From Savitreella phatthalungensis (Eukaryota), in the NCBI GenBank assembly GCA_051599415.1, contig AP039699.1, positions 434,001-498,000 of the forward strand: 64,000 nt of DNA. The letters run 5' to 3'. Below, piece after piece: positions 12,146 to 23,151 of this stretch (position 1 is the first letter of the stretch; each line of letters opens with the position of its first letter). The notes under the pieces were generated by a model. It ran no database searches, was not told where the DNA came from, and was given only the letters and a program-made list of their open reading frames with translations. Both the position numbers and the translations under genes were made by a program.

Positions 12146-12210
12146 CACTCAGTCACTCAAGTCATCCGCACACTCACTCACTCACTCACTCACTCAGTCA
12201 ATCACTCACT
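12146..12210. repeat. (CACT)n tetranucleotide microsatellite with degenerate flanks, upstream of the SDR gene
   Basis: Perfect CACTCACT... run at 12171-12196 plus CAGT/CAAT variants. Confidence 0.85.
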
Positions 12211-12565
12211 AAATCGATCAATTGAATCAATTACTCGGTCACTCATTAAAACTCCTCCAGCTTTTTAACACCAGCACTATAGCACTAGCACTAGCATTAC
12301 CACTCAATAAGCACAACCAGGTGAAAAAACGCCAAACCCGCAATCACAGTCATAGAGAATCACTTTACCACACACGCACCACCGTACCGATATACACACT
12401 GATCACATTCACATACACGTCACTCCACCACACCCGAATTCATCTCCCTGACAATACTTCGGCCAACAAAAGAAAGCAGGCACACCCTAGTAGATCATTG
12501 TACAGTACAGACAGTGGTTTACTCTCTCTCTTTCTCTCGCTCTCTCTTGTCTCCTGCCATATATC

Positions 12566-13465
12566 ATGTCACAACCAGTGCAGCAGATCATACCGGCACA
12601 GCCTAACGTGCCACCGGCAAGTGCAGTACCAGCTGCTTTTAAGGTAAGATTACTCCAACCACCCTCCGGCATTCATCTCAGCTGCTAACGTGCTATCTAG
12701 CGGTTTTCCCTCGAGGGCAAAGTAGCGGTTGTCACAGGTGGTGCAAGAGGTCTTGGATACAGCATGGCACAGGCAATCTGCTCATGCGGCCTCGCAGGTA
12801 TAGCCATCCTCGACGTTCTCGCAGACGTAGGCGATGAGGCTGCAGCTGCCTTGAACCGCGAATTCGGCATCGCAGCACAATTCTACAAGATCGACGTCCG
12901 TGACGAGGTCGCAGTCTCAGAGGTCCTCGCTGGCGTACGTGAACAGTTTGGTCGAGTCGACGTCCTGATCTGCAGCGCTGGCATCTGCGACAACATCAAG
13001 GCAGAGGTATACGAGGCTGAGCGATTCCGACGCGTGATGGATATCAACGTCACCGGCAGCTTCCTCGTAGCACAGGCGTGTGCGAAGCACATGATTGAGC
13101 TCAAGACTGGAGGCAGCATCATCTTCATCGCATCGATGTCAGGCCACATTGTCAACTACCCACAGCCTCAGTGTGCGTACAATGCATCCAAGGCCGCCGT
13201 TATTCAGCTCGCAAAGTCGCTCGCTGCAGAGTGGTCCCCTTACGGCATCCGGGTCAATTCCATCTCCCCAGGTTACATGGCCACCAAGCTCACAGAAGCA
13301 GAGCACATGCGCGAACTCAAGAAGACATGGGCTGAACGCACACCACTTGGTCGACTCGGTCAGGACTACGAGCTGAATGGCGTGGCCCAATTCCTTGCGT
13401 CTGACGCTTCCTCATTCACAACAGGCGCAGACTTCCTCATCGACGGAGGATACACTGTCATGTAG
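12566..13465 (+). CDS. Short-chain dehydrogenase/reductase (polyol dehydrogenase / sorbose reductase-like); exons 12566-12643 and 12701-13465
   Basis: Intron 12644-12700 (GTAAGA...GCTAAC...TAG) joins MSQPV..AAFK to RFSLEGKVAVVTGGARGLG; ASMSGHIVNYPQPQCAYNASKAAV (YxxxK); RVNSISPGY; DGGYT. Confidence 0.92.
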
Positions 13466-14132
13466 ACGCCATAATGTTCCAATACTTTCATCATCGGCGT
13501 GATCACTTCCAACATAAATCAAGCAGATCCCGCTCGTCCTATCGACGCAAGCGTGAAATAGTCCACTTGTAATTTCGGGACTAGCTCGCCGTCCAGAAGA
13601 TTGTACGGGTGGCGTCCAGGAAAGAATTCTTCTATCTCAGATGGATCTGGCGTCCATTGTCCGGCCGGCATCAGGTGTCGATTTGTCCAAGGCAGCAATT
13701 CTCGGCAGCTGATTCGTGGGAAGCCCGTCTCAGCCCTTTTTAGGTATATCAGGATGGCTAACGCACTGTCCAGTCGACCTAGCACACTCAACGATTTTTG
13801 ACTATCAACAACAACGGCCACTTCGGTGACAGTCGACCTGCTGGACACCACTCATACAATTTAGTCAATGGGCACGTCCAGAGCAATTTATGGAGAGCAC
13901 TGGACACGGTTTCCTCGACTCCACTCCTAAGCACACTTGTCAGTAATGGTCTTGTGACTCGTCGTGGAGTGGTAGGATGTGCACTGTGGTATTATTGCTC
14001 AAACTATCCGAGATTTCTACCACTACCACTTCACTAGACAATTGATCTAACTAATAATACATGCCGAGGTTGGTCTCCCATGACAGATTGTCATATCGAC
14101 CTCCCCAGCAGCCGCTGAACCATGTGACTCGA

Positions 14133-15713
14133 TCAAACGTGATCCTGGTGAATGACGGCGACTTCAGTGGGCTTCTCCTTGAAATCTTTGAGTGAGTCAC
14201 CGGCAGAGTCGAGCGAGGTCGAGCGTGCAAGAGCACCGTCTTGCATCGCGGACGCTGGGATTTTAAAGGCTGGCCACTCGCGAGTAGGCACTCTTGCGTG
14301 AAGCATATAGTCAATCTCCTCGAGAGAGCGGCCGTGGAATTCAGGCAACGCCCACCAGATGACAACGCCGCTTAGAGCGCACAATGTACCATAGACGAAG
14401 CCAATCTTCGCCTTGAGGTTTGCAGTATCGAAGAGGTAGGGCGCGGTAAGCGCCACCAGGAACGCCGACACGAAGAATGTGACCGTGGCAATTGCGGCGA
14501 CTCTGAAGCGATGCTCTCCGACACCAGTGAGCGAGGCTACAGTCGACCAGCACAGAACTCCGATGCCGGCGTTGAACAGAGCAGTGAAGATCATCATGCA
14601 GACGATGACGCCAATGTTGGCCTGGTCGGATGGATGAGCGGGCAGTCCAAGAATGCCGCAGACGAGCAACGTGACAGTCATCATTGAGATCGTGGAAAGC
14701 AGGAGTTTGCGTGACGGGAAACGGTTGACCAGGAAGAACGAGACAAAGACACCCAAGACTTCTGCGCAGCACAACGCCATGGTGAATCGGTAGGCGTTGT
14801 CCTTCTCAATGCCAATGTTCTCGAGGAAGACGGTCATGTAGCTGAAGCAGAATTGAATGCCGTTTGCCTGCTGACCAGAGGTGATGAGCATGACAATCAT
14901 GATCTTCCGGCGCTCAACGTCGGACTTGAGCATATCAAGCCAGCCGCCAGTCGACTCAACGGCGGCCTCGCGAGCTGCCGTGTATTGGATCGCTTCGAGT
15001 TCGCGGACGACGTCAACCTCTCCACTCTTGTGAATCTTCTCGAGCGCACGACGAGCATCGTCGTGGCGGCCCTTGAACACCAGCCAGCGGGGAGACTCGG
15101 GCACAAAGGGGTAGAACACGAACGTGAGGATGGCGATAACCAGTGGCAACGCCATGGGAATACGATACGCAGCCGAGGATGCCATATTGCGAGTCAGGTA
15201 GCCTGGAAGAGCACCGAAGATCTGCCCGTTTGCCAGACCCTGCTGGTGGAGACCAATTGCTCCTGTCCTGACTTTTGCTGGAGCGATCTCAGACAGATAC
15301 TGTGGGACGGAACTCGAAACCATGCCAATTCCGTAGCCAAGTGCAATTCGTCCGGCAACGATGACTCCCTGTTGACCGGTTGCGGCGATCTGGATGACGA
15401 CACCGATAACTGTGCCGACCATGGCAGCGAGGAAAGCGCCTCGTCTACCCCAACGAGCCTGAACATTTGGGGCGGTCAGAGCACCAATGATCTCACCAAC
15501 ATAGACCAGCGATGTCATCAGAGACAGCGAGGTCGCAGACAGCGTGTAAACACCCTTTGCGCTGTCATACGTTCCGAAGTCGCGCTTGAAAGCATCCTGA
15601 CTCTGGACAGAAGTGAAGTAGGTGCCGTCGTAGCCGTACAAGACTGAGCCCAGGGCTGCGTAGCAGAGGTACGGTAGGACTGACCAGTAAGGAATCTTGC
15701 GGTAGGAGAACAT
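14133..15713 (-). CDS. MFS sugar porter (maltose/alpha-glucoside permease-like)
   Basis: About 12 TM segments; LYGYD, RWGRR, YLSEIAP..VR, PESPRWL, PEFHGRSLEEID sugar-porter signatures. Confidence 0.93.
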   Translation of the reverse strand: MFSYRKIPYWSVLPYLCYAALGSVLYGYDGTYFTSVQSQDAFKRDFGTYDSAKGVYTLSATSLSLMTSLVYVGEIIGALTAPNVQARWGRRGAFLAAMVGTVIGVVIQIAATGQQGVIVAGRIALGYGIGMVSSSVPQYLSEIAPAKVRTGAIGLHQQGLANGQIFGALPGYLTRNMASSAAYRIPMALPLVIAILTFVFYPFVPESPRWLVFKGRHDDARRALEKIHKSGEVDVVRELEAIQYTAAREAAVESTGGWLDMLKSDVERRKIMIVMLITSGQQANGIQFCFSYMTVFLENIGIEKDNAYRFTMALCCAEVLGVFVSFFLVNRFPSRKLLLSTISMMTVTLLVCGILGLPAHPSDQANIGVIVCMMIFTALFNAGIGVLCWSTVASLTGVGEHRFRVAAIATVTFFVSAFLVALTAPYLFDTANLKAKIGFVYGTLCALSGVVIWWALPEFHGRSLEEIDYMLHARVPTREWPAFKIPASAMQDGALARSTSLDSAGDSLKDFKEKPTEVAVIHQDHV

Positions 15714-17133
15714 GATGGAAATGGTGATTGTGAAGCGGGCACGGCTAGGTACTTATAGAAAGCTCTAAAATATTCGCAAAACCTCGCATCTCCAAGAGAT
15801 GTTGAAAGTCTGGGCACCAATGGTATGAATGAAAGACTGCAAAGCGTGATGAACAATCATGCATGGCGAAAGGGTTGGGCTTCTCCTACATACTGGCGCG
15901 CACATTTGCACCATTTAGCCTGATGTGCCGTTCGGTGTGGCCGGACGTAGTGCCTATGTACATACATACTGGTACACATCCCATATATGGTCTCCAGATA
16001 TCGATCAAGGTATCCCGTTCATCAACCGACGCGTTTCAGGGCAGACGGACTCGTGTGCCGGATAGCTGGGTGCTATTGAAGCGATTTAGGCTGAAATTTG
16101 GTGAGATTTGATCCCGCTCTGATTTCCTCCATGCATGGCGAAACTTCCGGCTGATTTACTGAGCTGACGCTTGTTCACGATAAGGAAAGAACGTCAGATT
16201 CACTTTCTAGGAATACCGTCAGTCATGTAACTTATCGGCCGACATGTCGATCATGCCTCTCAACGAACGTAGTAAAATTGAGGAGATTTACTAGATGGAG
16301 AAATTCTATTGGACCGATCAAGGCGGGATTGCGGGAGATCGACAGGAGAAGAGTAACAGAATGAAAAGATCCAACTACACAAATATCGAAATTCATCGTG
16401 TCTTGAGCCGCTCACTTGCTTCAGATTCCTGATTGTTCATTTAAGGAAAAGAAAAGATCGGAGACTTTTTATTTATGATCGTAGTTTCCCAAATAAAAAA
16501 TCTTCATTATGTGCAAGCTCATTCGTCCATATCCTCTTGCATACATGGATCTCCGTGAGCCACGCGAGTTCAGTCCAGAGTGCAGCATGCACCCTCCCAC
16601 AAACCCAAAACCCACCCACGCGCCCACGCCGCAGCCACTCTAGCCGAGTGAGTTTACCCACATATTTTGTAACGCTTGGAATCGTGTGAGTAACAGAGAA
16701 AGTTACAGAATTTCAACCTGTTAACAATACATGGATGCAATGGATGCAATCTGCTCTAAGATCAGACCGAATAAGTGGTGCCAGGTGCCCCACTTCCGGT
16801 GACTGACGAATTGATACCCGTGCGGGCACGGAAGCCCACGGATGCTCATGCTCGATTTGCCTTGCAACGTAGTCTGAACAGATCGCAATATCGAGGTGCC
16901 TCCTGCGCTCAGCAGGAGTTTTCATGGCCGGCACACATTGTACCGGATCCAATCGGTGTTCTAGTACTCGAGCAACCATTGAATAGAGGGTCACGGTCTG
17001 GATACCTTGTCATGTCTATCCGAGTCCTTCACGAGGTATCAAAGGAGACGATTCCATCTCGATCGTGTCAGGTCGCGGTCTATAGTATGAAGTGTAAAAG
17101 ATCATTTCATTTATCTGCCCTCTGCTGTGTACA

Positions 17134-18768
17134 CTATTTACGTTGACCCTGAGCAAGCATGTCAAAGAAGCTGAATCCCGCTGCATCAGCCTCCTCTTCT
17201 ATTGTCGATTCCTCGATGGTGCCCGACTTCTGGAGCGTGTCTGCCGAATCCAGCGGCAGATGAGATTGACGCGCTTCTCGACGTTGTTGTGCTTCCCGGA
17301 TCTCTGCGAGTCGACGCTGCTCAACATCTCCGATATCTCGAGTGAAGTCGAGCGAGGCTCTGCCGCTTTCCGTCGCACCAAAATGCTCTTCCTCTTGTCT
17401 GTTGCGCTTTTTCAAGGATCGCCAGGGCTTCTCCGCGCGGGCGTAGACAAGGCAATCGATCAGGCCCTGCAGCGGAAGAAGACAGGCTGAGGCCAAGGCT
17501 AGCGGGAATACAGGGTGCCGCAGGAAGCGATTGCTGTACGCTGTCAGGACGTGGTTGGCGAAAATTGGAACCCACTGGATGAGGAATGCAAGAGGATAGA
17601 CAAGCACCAGATTGAGCTGCCGCGAGACTTCTCTGCGGTGGGAGTCCGACGTTGAGATGCTGCCGAGATCTGTCTGCGTCAAGGACAGTCGAGCAGACGA
17701 AGAAGAATCAATCGGTGAGCTCGTTGTCGATGACGTCTCCTTCTCAATCACGGCGGATTCCACCTTCTCGTCATCGTTGACCAGCCGTTGCTGACGCTGC
17801 TGCCACCGATTGTGAGCTGAGATACTGAGAATGCTGGCGCGTCGTGGCTCTTCGGTTGGCAGGGTGATGGACACCACGCTACCCTTGCGGCCTGTGGAAA
17901 CGATTGTGGGCTGCCCAGGGCCGGCGGAGATGACAACATCTTCTTCGCCTCCATCGGCTGCAGGCTCCGGTAAGTGGCCGTGAAGCTTGAGCTCCGGCGA
18001 GGCTGTTCCGGACGACCTCCACTGTGCAAGTCTCGCGCGTACACTCGGCCTACTTACTCTGCTGCTAGCATCGTCCGCGGTCAGGTCGCTATCCAGGTCT
18101 TTGAAGAGATTGGAGAAGCCGGCGAATTTGCGCTTCGCATAGACGTAAATCGAGACGTACAGCCCGAGAATGAAAAGCATGATGGCGTAACGTGGAGCCC
18201 ACGAAAGTGCGATTCGCCAATAAAAAGGTCTGACTGGCAAGTAGCACCACGAGACAGCCGACGTATAAGCTTGTACTGGATTAAGGAAAGCCAAGGAGGC
18301 GAGCGCTGTCGGATAGATTAACCACATGGTGTAAACCCAGTAACGCCATTTGTACAGTCCTTGCTCTGCCTTATTCCGGCCAAGGCCAGGACAGAAGATG
18401 CAGAGTGCAGCGTGGATGCTGATGATGAGCACTGCGAAATCCGTTGCTGAGATGAAAAAGGACATGAAGAATCCAGAGAGCGTGCAGAAGGAACCTGCAG
18501 AGATGTCGTGATTTGCCAGTGTCACTGCAGGATATACGAGCTCGACCAGTGCCTTACAGAAGTCCGAGAGGACGAGCAACATGATGAGTTGATGCCTGAA
18601 GGTGCGGTGTTTCAGGTAGAGATACCAATACAGCATGAGGAAGCACGCGATCAGAGACAGAGAAGCGCCAATCAGCGCCACGACACGCAAAGCGAGCATC
18701 TGACCTGATGTGTAGGTGAGCCCCGTTGGAGGGTTTTCGCGCGGCAGCAGCATGTTGTAAGCGTTCAT
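17134..18768 (-). CDS. git3: Git3/Gpr1-family glucose-sensing G-protein-coupled receptor
   Basis: 7 TM with a long third intracellular loop; FRHQLIMLLVLSDF, WCYLPVRPFYWRIALSWAPRY, LVYPLAF..QW, QGLIDCLVY..EKPW. Confidence 0.88.
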   Translation of the reverse strand: MNAYNMLLPRENPPTGLTYTSGQMLALRVVALIGASLSLIACFLMLYWYLYLKHRTFRHQLIMLLVLSDFCKALVELVYPAVTLANHDISAGSFCTLSGFFMSFFISATDFAVLIISIHAALCIFCPGLGRNKAEQGLYKWRYWVYTMWLIYPTALASLAFLNPVQAYTSAVSWCYLPVRPFYWRIALSWAPRYAIMLFILGLYVSIYVYAKRKFAGFSNLFKDLDSDLTADDASSRVSRPSVRARLAQWRSSGTASPELKLHGHLPEPAADGGEEDVVISAGPGQPTIVSTGRKGSVVSITLPTEEPRRASILSISAHNRWQQRQQRLVNDDEKVESAVIEKETSSTTSSPIDSSSSARLSLTQTDLGSISTSDSHRREVSRQLNLVLVYPLAFLIQWVPIFANHVLTAYSNRFLRHPVFPLALASACLLPLQGLIDCLVYARAEKPWRSLKKRNRQEEEHFGATESGRASLDFTRDIGDVEQRRLAEIREAQQRREARQSHLPLDSADTLQKSGTIEESTIEEEADAAGFSFFDMLAQGQRK

Positions 18769-20391
18769 GACGTTGACTGTACGTGTCCGAAACTGCGGGA
18801 GAGATCAGAAGACCATGTTGCCACGCGTATCAATGCAGGAGAATGAAGAAGAAGCGCGCGCTTTGAGATGCTGCGCGCCCGGACAATATGTAGTCTTTGT
18901 GAAAAGAACAGGTGATGATGCGTCGGCGTGAACACAAGAAAGGTTGACTGATGTGCTGTTTGACGATGCCGCAAGTGTTCTGGCTAGCTTCCTGACTCGC
19001 GCCTCACGCGTCCAATGTTGTATATAGACTGGACCGTTGCGTTGGCGGCGAACCAGTCAGCGTCTTCAGCGTTTGCGTTTGCGGTGTTATGATTGCCCAA
19101 TAGTATTCGCTTGCAGGACAAAACATCCTCACCTGCTCGAGGACTCCACTGCTCACCGTTGACCTGCAGGTCATATTTCGCCAAGTTCGGCCACCGGTTC
19201 GGGAAGTTGACCTTGATCAGTCACAGTCGATATCACGAATGAGATCTGAAGCTGGTCGCACTAAATCGGAAGTAGATTCTTTGGCTGATATCGATATTTA
19301 CCTGAATTAGGCCCAACACACAATTAAGCGTACGTTGGACAATCTACACACAGTCCAAGTGTATACAGTATAGTGTAAGCAAATTAATATTTCGAAGAAG
19401 GCCGTAGACAATTCAGAAGAAAGCCGGACGCAAGCGAGCTAAACTTGGCTTTTCCTTGTAAGGAATCAGATCGAGCCTATAATCGAGGCAGGCCTAGGAT
19501 CTAGCTCGATACAATCTCAATCTGACACACTTTGCTTCCAAACATGGCTCTCCACCGTATACGAACGAATTCTCCATATGGAAGATATGGCGGCAGGCCA
19601 CTGACGAGCATGCTGTTCGTCTATCACAAGGTCCTTTGGCCGTCTCTGGATGGAGACCCCATAAGATGGATAACATGGTATCTAGAACGTCCACTGCGAC
19701 AGCGCTATGTGTGAGCAGATCCCTGGAATGCTGATACAAGTTTCACTTTTGGCCGAATGAGATATTCACGCACAACGTCGGTGCTTAGATGCTTCCTCTT
19801 TGCACCATCTCGTGCATCTGGATTCGTCGCATTTACCCGTTGCCGAGTTCGTGTTTGAGGTACTCGTCATTGCAATTGCCATTTGTATTATCTAATTTTA
19901 GTACGTACCCCCCTTGACAGGCTGATTGTGCTGTTGGCGTACTAGTCTGATATCAGCTTCAGCTAGAAGTGGACCAAAGGCGAGACCGGCCCATACCAAG
20001 CAGATACCAGACTGATGATAGCTGTTGGCTTTTGTAGCGGCTCTATCGTCCTTACGACGGACCCACCCACTCATGAGACTTACCGATACCATCGGCTTTT
20101 ATCGAGTAAAAGCCGTCGGTAAACCAATAGAGATCCTCCTTGTGTCAGAGTTTGCCAGCCTATGGAGATCAGATCTCCGTGGTCATACCAGCTGACTGTC
20201 CCAATTGAAGTAATCTACCCTTGACCGGAAGCCTGTGTCGTCACCCGAGCCCGTTCACCGAACGTTCGCTCGTCCACGATTGTCTGCTGAACTCGCTTAG
20301 CTCATTGTGTCTTCCTGGCAATCATGTCAGCGAGAAGCTGAGCACCGGGTCCTCGGCGCCTGGTCGCATTGCTTGCATTCCGCCTGCCGGC

Positions 20392-21006
20392 TTAGGTGAA
20401 GAAGAGGATGAGAATGCAGAAGGCGATGACGACAGCGAGAATGACCGAATTGCGCTTCTGACGTGTATTGATCTTGGACAACAGACTGTTCATGCCTGGA
20501 ATCCGGTCAGCACTGGCACTCAGACGTTGTCCGATGTTCTGTAAACTGAGACGTTGTAAGTTGAATTCGTCGCGGGTTGCATACGCCTGTGCAAGGACAG
20601 CATCCGTCATGGAATGAGACGACTCGATCCGGTCGCGTTCGTTGAGCATGTATGCTTCCTCGCCACCGGCCGAACCTGTCGCCAACGATGCCTTGTGCCG
20701 TCGGATATCAGCATCCACATTGCCCAGCAGGTTTTCACGATCGCTCTGCTCGCGCAGACGTTGGATGACGCCTCTTGCAGATGCTTCGTGCTCTGCCAGG
20801 ACTTCTCTGTGACGTTCGAGGTGCTGTGCCTTGTTTCCCTTGACATTCTGCTGGTCGAGAGCTTTAGCAAGCTGCTCAAGCACGTCTCTGCGTTGGGAAA
20901 GCAATGAGTCCAAGTCAGCCTCGCTCGGCTTCTTCGACAGCAGTGTTTCGGTCTCATGCTCGAGCAGGCGCATCTCGGCACGAAGCGTGCCCCAAGACTT
21001 TGACAT
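20392..21006 (-). CDS. GOS1: Golgi Qb-SNARE Gos1
   Basis: W..LR.E.R.LE N-terminus; LERHREVL; ERDRIESSHSMTD..LAQAYATR; IPGMNSLLSKINTRQKRNSVIL followed by a tail-anchor TM. Confidence 0.93.
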   Translation of the reverse strand: MSKSWGTLRAEMRLLEHETETLLSKKPSEADLDSLLSQRRDVLEQLAKALDQQNVKGNKAQHLERHREVLAEHEASARGVIQRLREQSDRENLLGNVDADIRRHKASLATGSAGGEEAYMLNERDRIESSHSMTDAVLAQAYATRDEFNLQRLSLQNIGQRLSASADRIPGMNSLLSKINTRQKRNSVILAVVIAFCILILFFT

Positions 21007-21208
21007 CGCAGCTAGTGTGATTTATTGCGCGCTCTCCTTGAAATGTCTTGGGCTGGCACGGAGACGTGATTTCTTTTGGTGGTCGGGTGACGCGCCGAGA
21101 AAGGCGATGATTTTGACCTGTGTAAATAGACCTCGATACATAAATCGTATTTGCTCTTCCGGATCGCCTTGCGACAGGCCGTGATCAGAGGATCAGTGAT
21201 GTAGGGTG

Positions 21209-21919
21209 ATGCAGCTCAGCAATGGCCTCAATTTAAGGCAAGCCAGAAAGCTGCCGGTAGCTCTAGCGAGCGAAGACGATGCGAAGGACCATCCGCGACC
21301 GCTGCCGCCTAGATCATCCCTACGAATAGATGCAAAGGTTTTGGAGGGGGCCGAGGCAGTGGTCTATGACTTCGATGGCGCACATGACGAGCTCGAGAGA
21401 CAGAGAGCGAAAGCTGCGGCTGGAAGAGCCATGAGGACGGCCGAAAGGCGGCCGAGGTACATGCATGACCTGCTGGAGAATGCCGCTCAACGTCAGCGGG
21501 ACAAGCAGGCCGCCGATGAAGAGCGGCTTAGACGCGAACGGGACAAGCAGGAGGCCCTTGGCATCTCTGTCAAAGAGTCATTCATCACACCTGGCTATCA
21601 TGAACGTCAATGCAAACATGAGCATATGAGCAGCGACTCTGCGCCAAGGTCAAATGACCTTCCGGGTCGAAGCCCAGATCAGGGGGAACCAGCATCGCTA
21701 GCATTCAAGACTCAGGTATCTACGGACAGTCGAGTCATGACGAATCAGGTCGAGGAGCAGCGCGAGCACGAAGAGTCGTACAAGGCTCGTCGTGAAGCCC
21801 ATCGGCAGTCTCAGATTCGTGCTGCGCTGATACATAGGAACGACACAGCTGCGATCGATGCTGCCAGACAACGTTATTTCGAACGTGCACGTCTGCGCCA
21901 AAAGGAGGCCAACGCATGA
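21209..21919 (+). CDS. NSRP1/CCDC55-like (DUF2040) coiled-coil splicing regulator
   Basis: VYDFDGAHD, RPRYMHDLL..A..RQRD, KESFITPGY, C-terminal IDAARQRYFER. Confidence 0.8.
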   Translation: MQLSNGLNLRQARKLPVALASEDDAKDHPRPLPPRSSLRIDAKVLEGAEAVVYDFDGAHDELERQRAKAAAGRAMRTAERRPRYMHDLLENAAQRQRDKQAADEERLRRERDKQEALGISVKESFITPGYHERQCKHEHMSSDSAPRSNDLPGRSPDQGEPASLAFKTQVSTDSRVMTNQVEEQREHEESYKARREAHRQSQIRAALIHRNDTAAIDAARQRYFERARLRQKEANA

Positions 21920-21945
21920 TGGTATATGATATGATATGACAAGAT

Positions 21946-23151
21946 TTACAGCTTCGAGCTTGCCAACTTGATATCGTCCTGTTCGAGCGTCTGCCGCAAT
22001 CGCAAAATTGCCAAGTACTCAATCAGGCGCTTCTTGACCTTTTCCAAGCCGTAATGATCAGCATCCAATTGCTTGCGGGCTGCATCGATGTTTGTCTTGT
22101 CGAGCGACTGAGTCTGTAGCTGCTTCTTCCATGGAATCTCAATCAGGTTGTCGAGATACGTGCGAATCACCTGGTACTCTGCCTGTTGCGGTTGCATGCG
22201 TTTCAATCTTCTGAGCTCCTTCTCGGCGACGGTCCGCGCCTCGTCAGAGAGCTCAGCAGCATCGATGCGCTTGCGCAGCTCCGTTGCATCGTCCTCCTCC
22301 TCGTCATCCTTTTCTCCCGTCGCTTGAGACAACTCTTTCTTGATGGCGTTGAGCTTTTGCCGTAGGATGAATTCCTTCTGCTGCTTGTTCAAATTCTGGT
22401 CGACAGCCGTCGAGATCTTGCGCGACACTTTGACATCGGTCATTTGCTTTGTGACAATCTCGTAGACGAGCTTCAAGCGAGACACAACGTCTACAGCCTT
22501 GAGAATCGCCAACTTGTCGACATAGCTCCCCTCAACGACGGAGACCATCAAGTCGCACAGCTGTCCAGCAGAATCGCCCTCAGCCTTCTGGATGAATCCC
22601 TCCAGGCGGCGGAGAAGGACAGCTGGGAGCTTGAGTCCTTTGAGAGTCGTCACCAGCTCAACTGAAGCATCGCGCAAGGCCTCGAGCTGTTTTTGAGCAG
22701 CCTCGTCGTCGTCGTCAATGCCGCGTTCGTCGTGATGAAAGACGGCCGCCTCAAGCTGACTATCTGCACGATTATTGCTGCTGCTGCTGCCACTACTCGT
22801 AGTGCGCTTAACTTTTTCCAACCGCACACGAGAAAGGCCCTCCACGATGGCGACATAGGCACCATTGTTGCGCTCAACGCGTAGAATCTTGCCCATGCAC
22901 CCATAATCGAGCAGTGTGTCTTTGAGCTGATCGATCGAAATGTCTTTCGAATTGCTGGTGAGCGCTGCAACGGCTTCGGGTCGCTGTGGAACGCATGCGA
23001 CGAGATGCGGCGGGCTTCCGCTATAAATCATGCGTGAGATCGATTGCGCGACATCCTTGCGCTCGACCTGAACACGAAGGACGAGTGACGGAAAGAGGAT
23101 CTGCTCCTTGAGCAACGGGACAACAGGAAGGGTGCGCGGCAAGGGCGCCAT
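21946..23151 (-). CDS. Peroxisomal Lon (LONP2/Pln-type) N-terminal region only, with C-terminal PTS1 SKL; no AAA+ or protease domain
   Basis: LPVVPLLKEQILFPSLVLRV; VEGLSRVRL; QQKEFILRQKLNAIKKEL; KELRRLKRMQPQQAEYQVIRTYL..L.EIPW; ARKQLDADHYGLEKVKKRLIEYLA; then ...LASSKL*. No Walker A motif. Confidence 0.9.
   Translation of the reverse strand: MAPLPRTLPVVPLLKEQILFPSLVLRVQVERKDVAQSISRMIYSGSPPHLVACVPQRPEAVAALTSNSKDISIDQLKDTLLDYGCMGKILRVERNNGAYVAIVEGLSRVRLEKVKRTTSSGSSSSNNRADSQLEAAVFHHDERGIDDDDEAAQKQLEALRDASVELVTTLKGLKLPAVLLRRLEGFIQKAEGDSAGQLCDLMVSVVEGSYVDKLAILKAVDVVSRLKLVYEIVTKQMTDVKVSRKISTAVDQNLNKQQKEFILRQKLNAIKKELSQATGEKDDEEEDDATELRKRIDAAELSDEARTVAEKELRRLKRMQPQQAEYQVIRTYLDNLIEIPWKKQLQTQSLDKTNIDAARKQLDADHYGLEKVKKRLIEYLAILRLRQTLEQDDIKLASSKL

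Noticed and set aside
13519..13851. 110-aa minus-strand ORF between the SDR and the transporter
   Set aside because: No ATG start and no recognisable family.
14853..15647. 264-aa plus-strand ORF and similar long antisense ORFs elsewhere
   Set aside because: Shadow ORFs opposite well-supported genes, expected from GC-rich codon bias.
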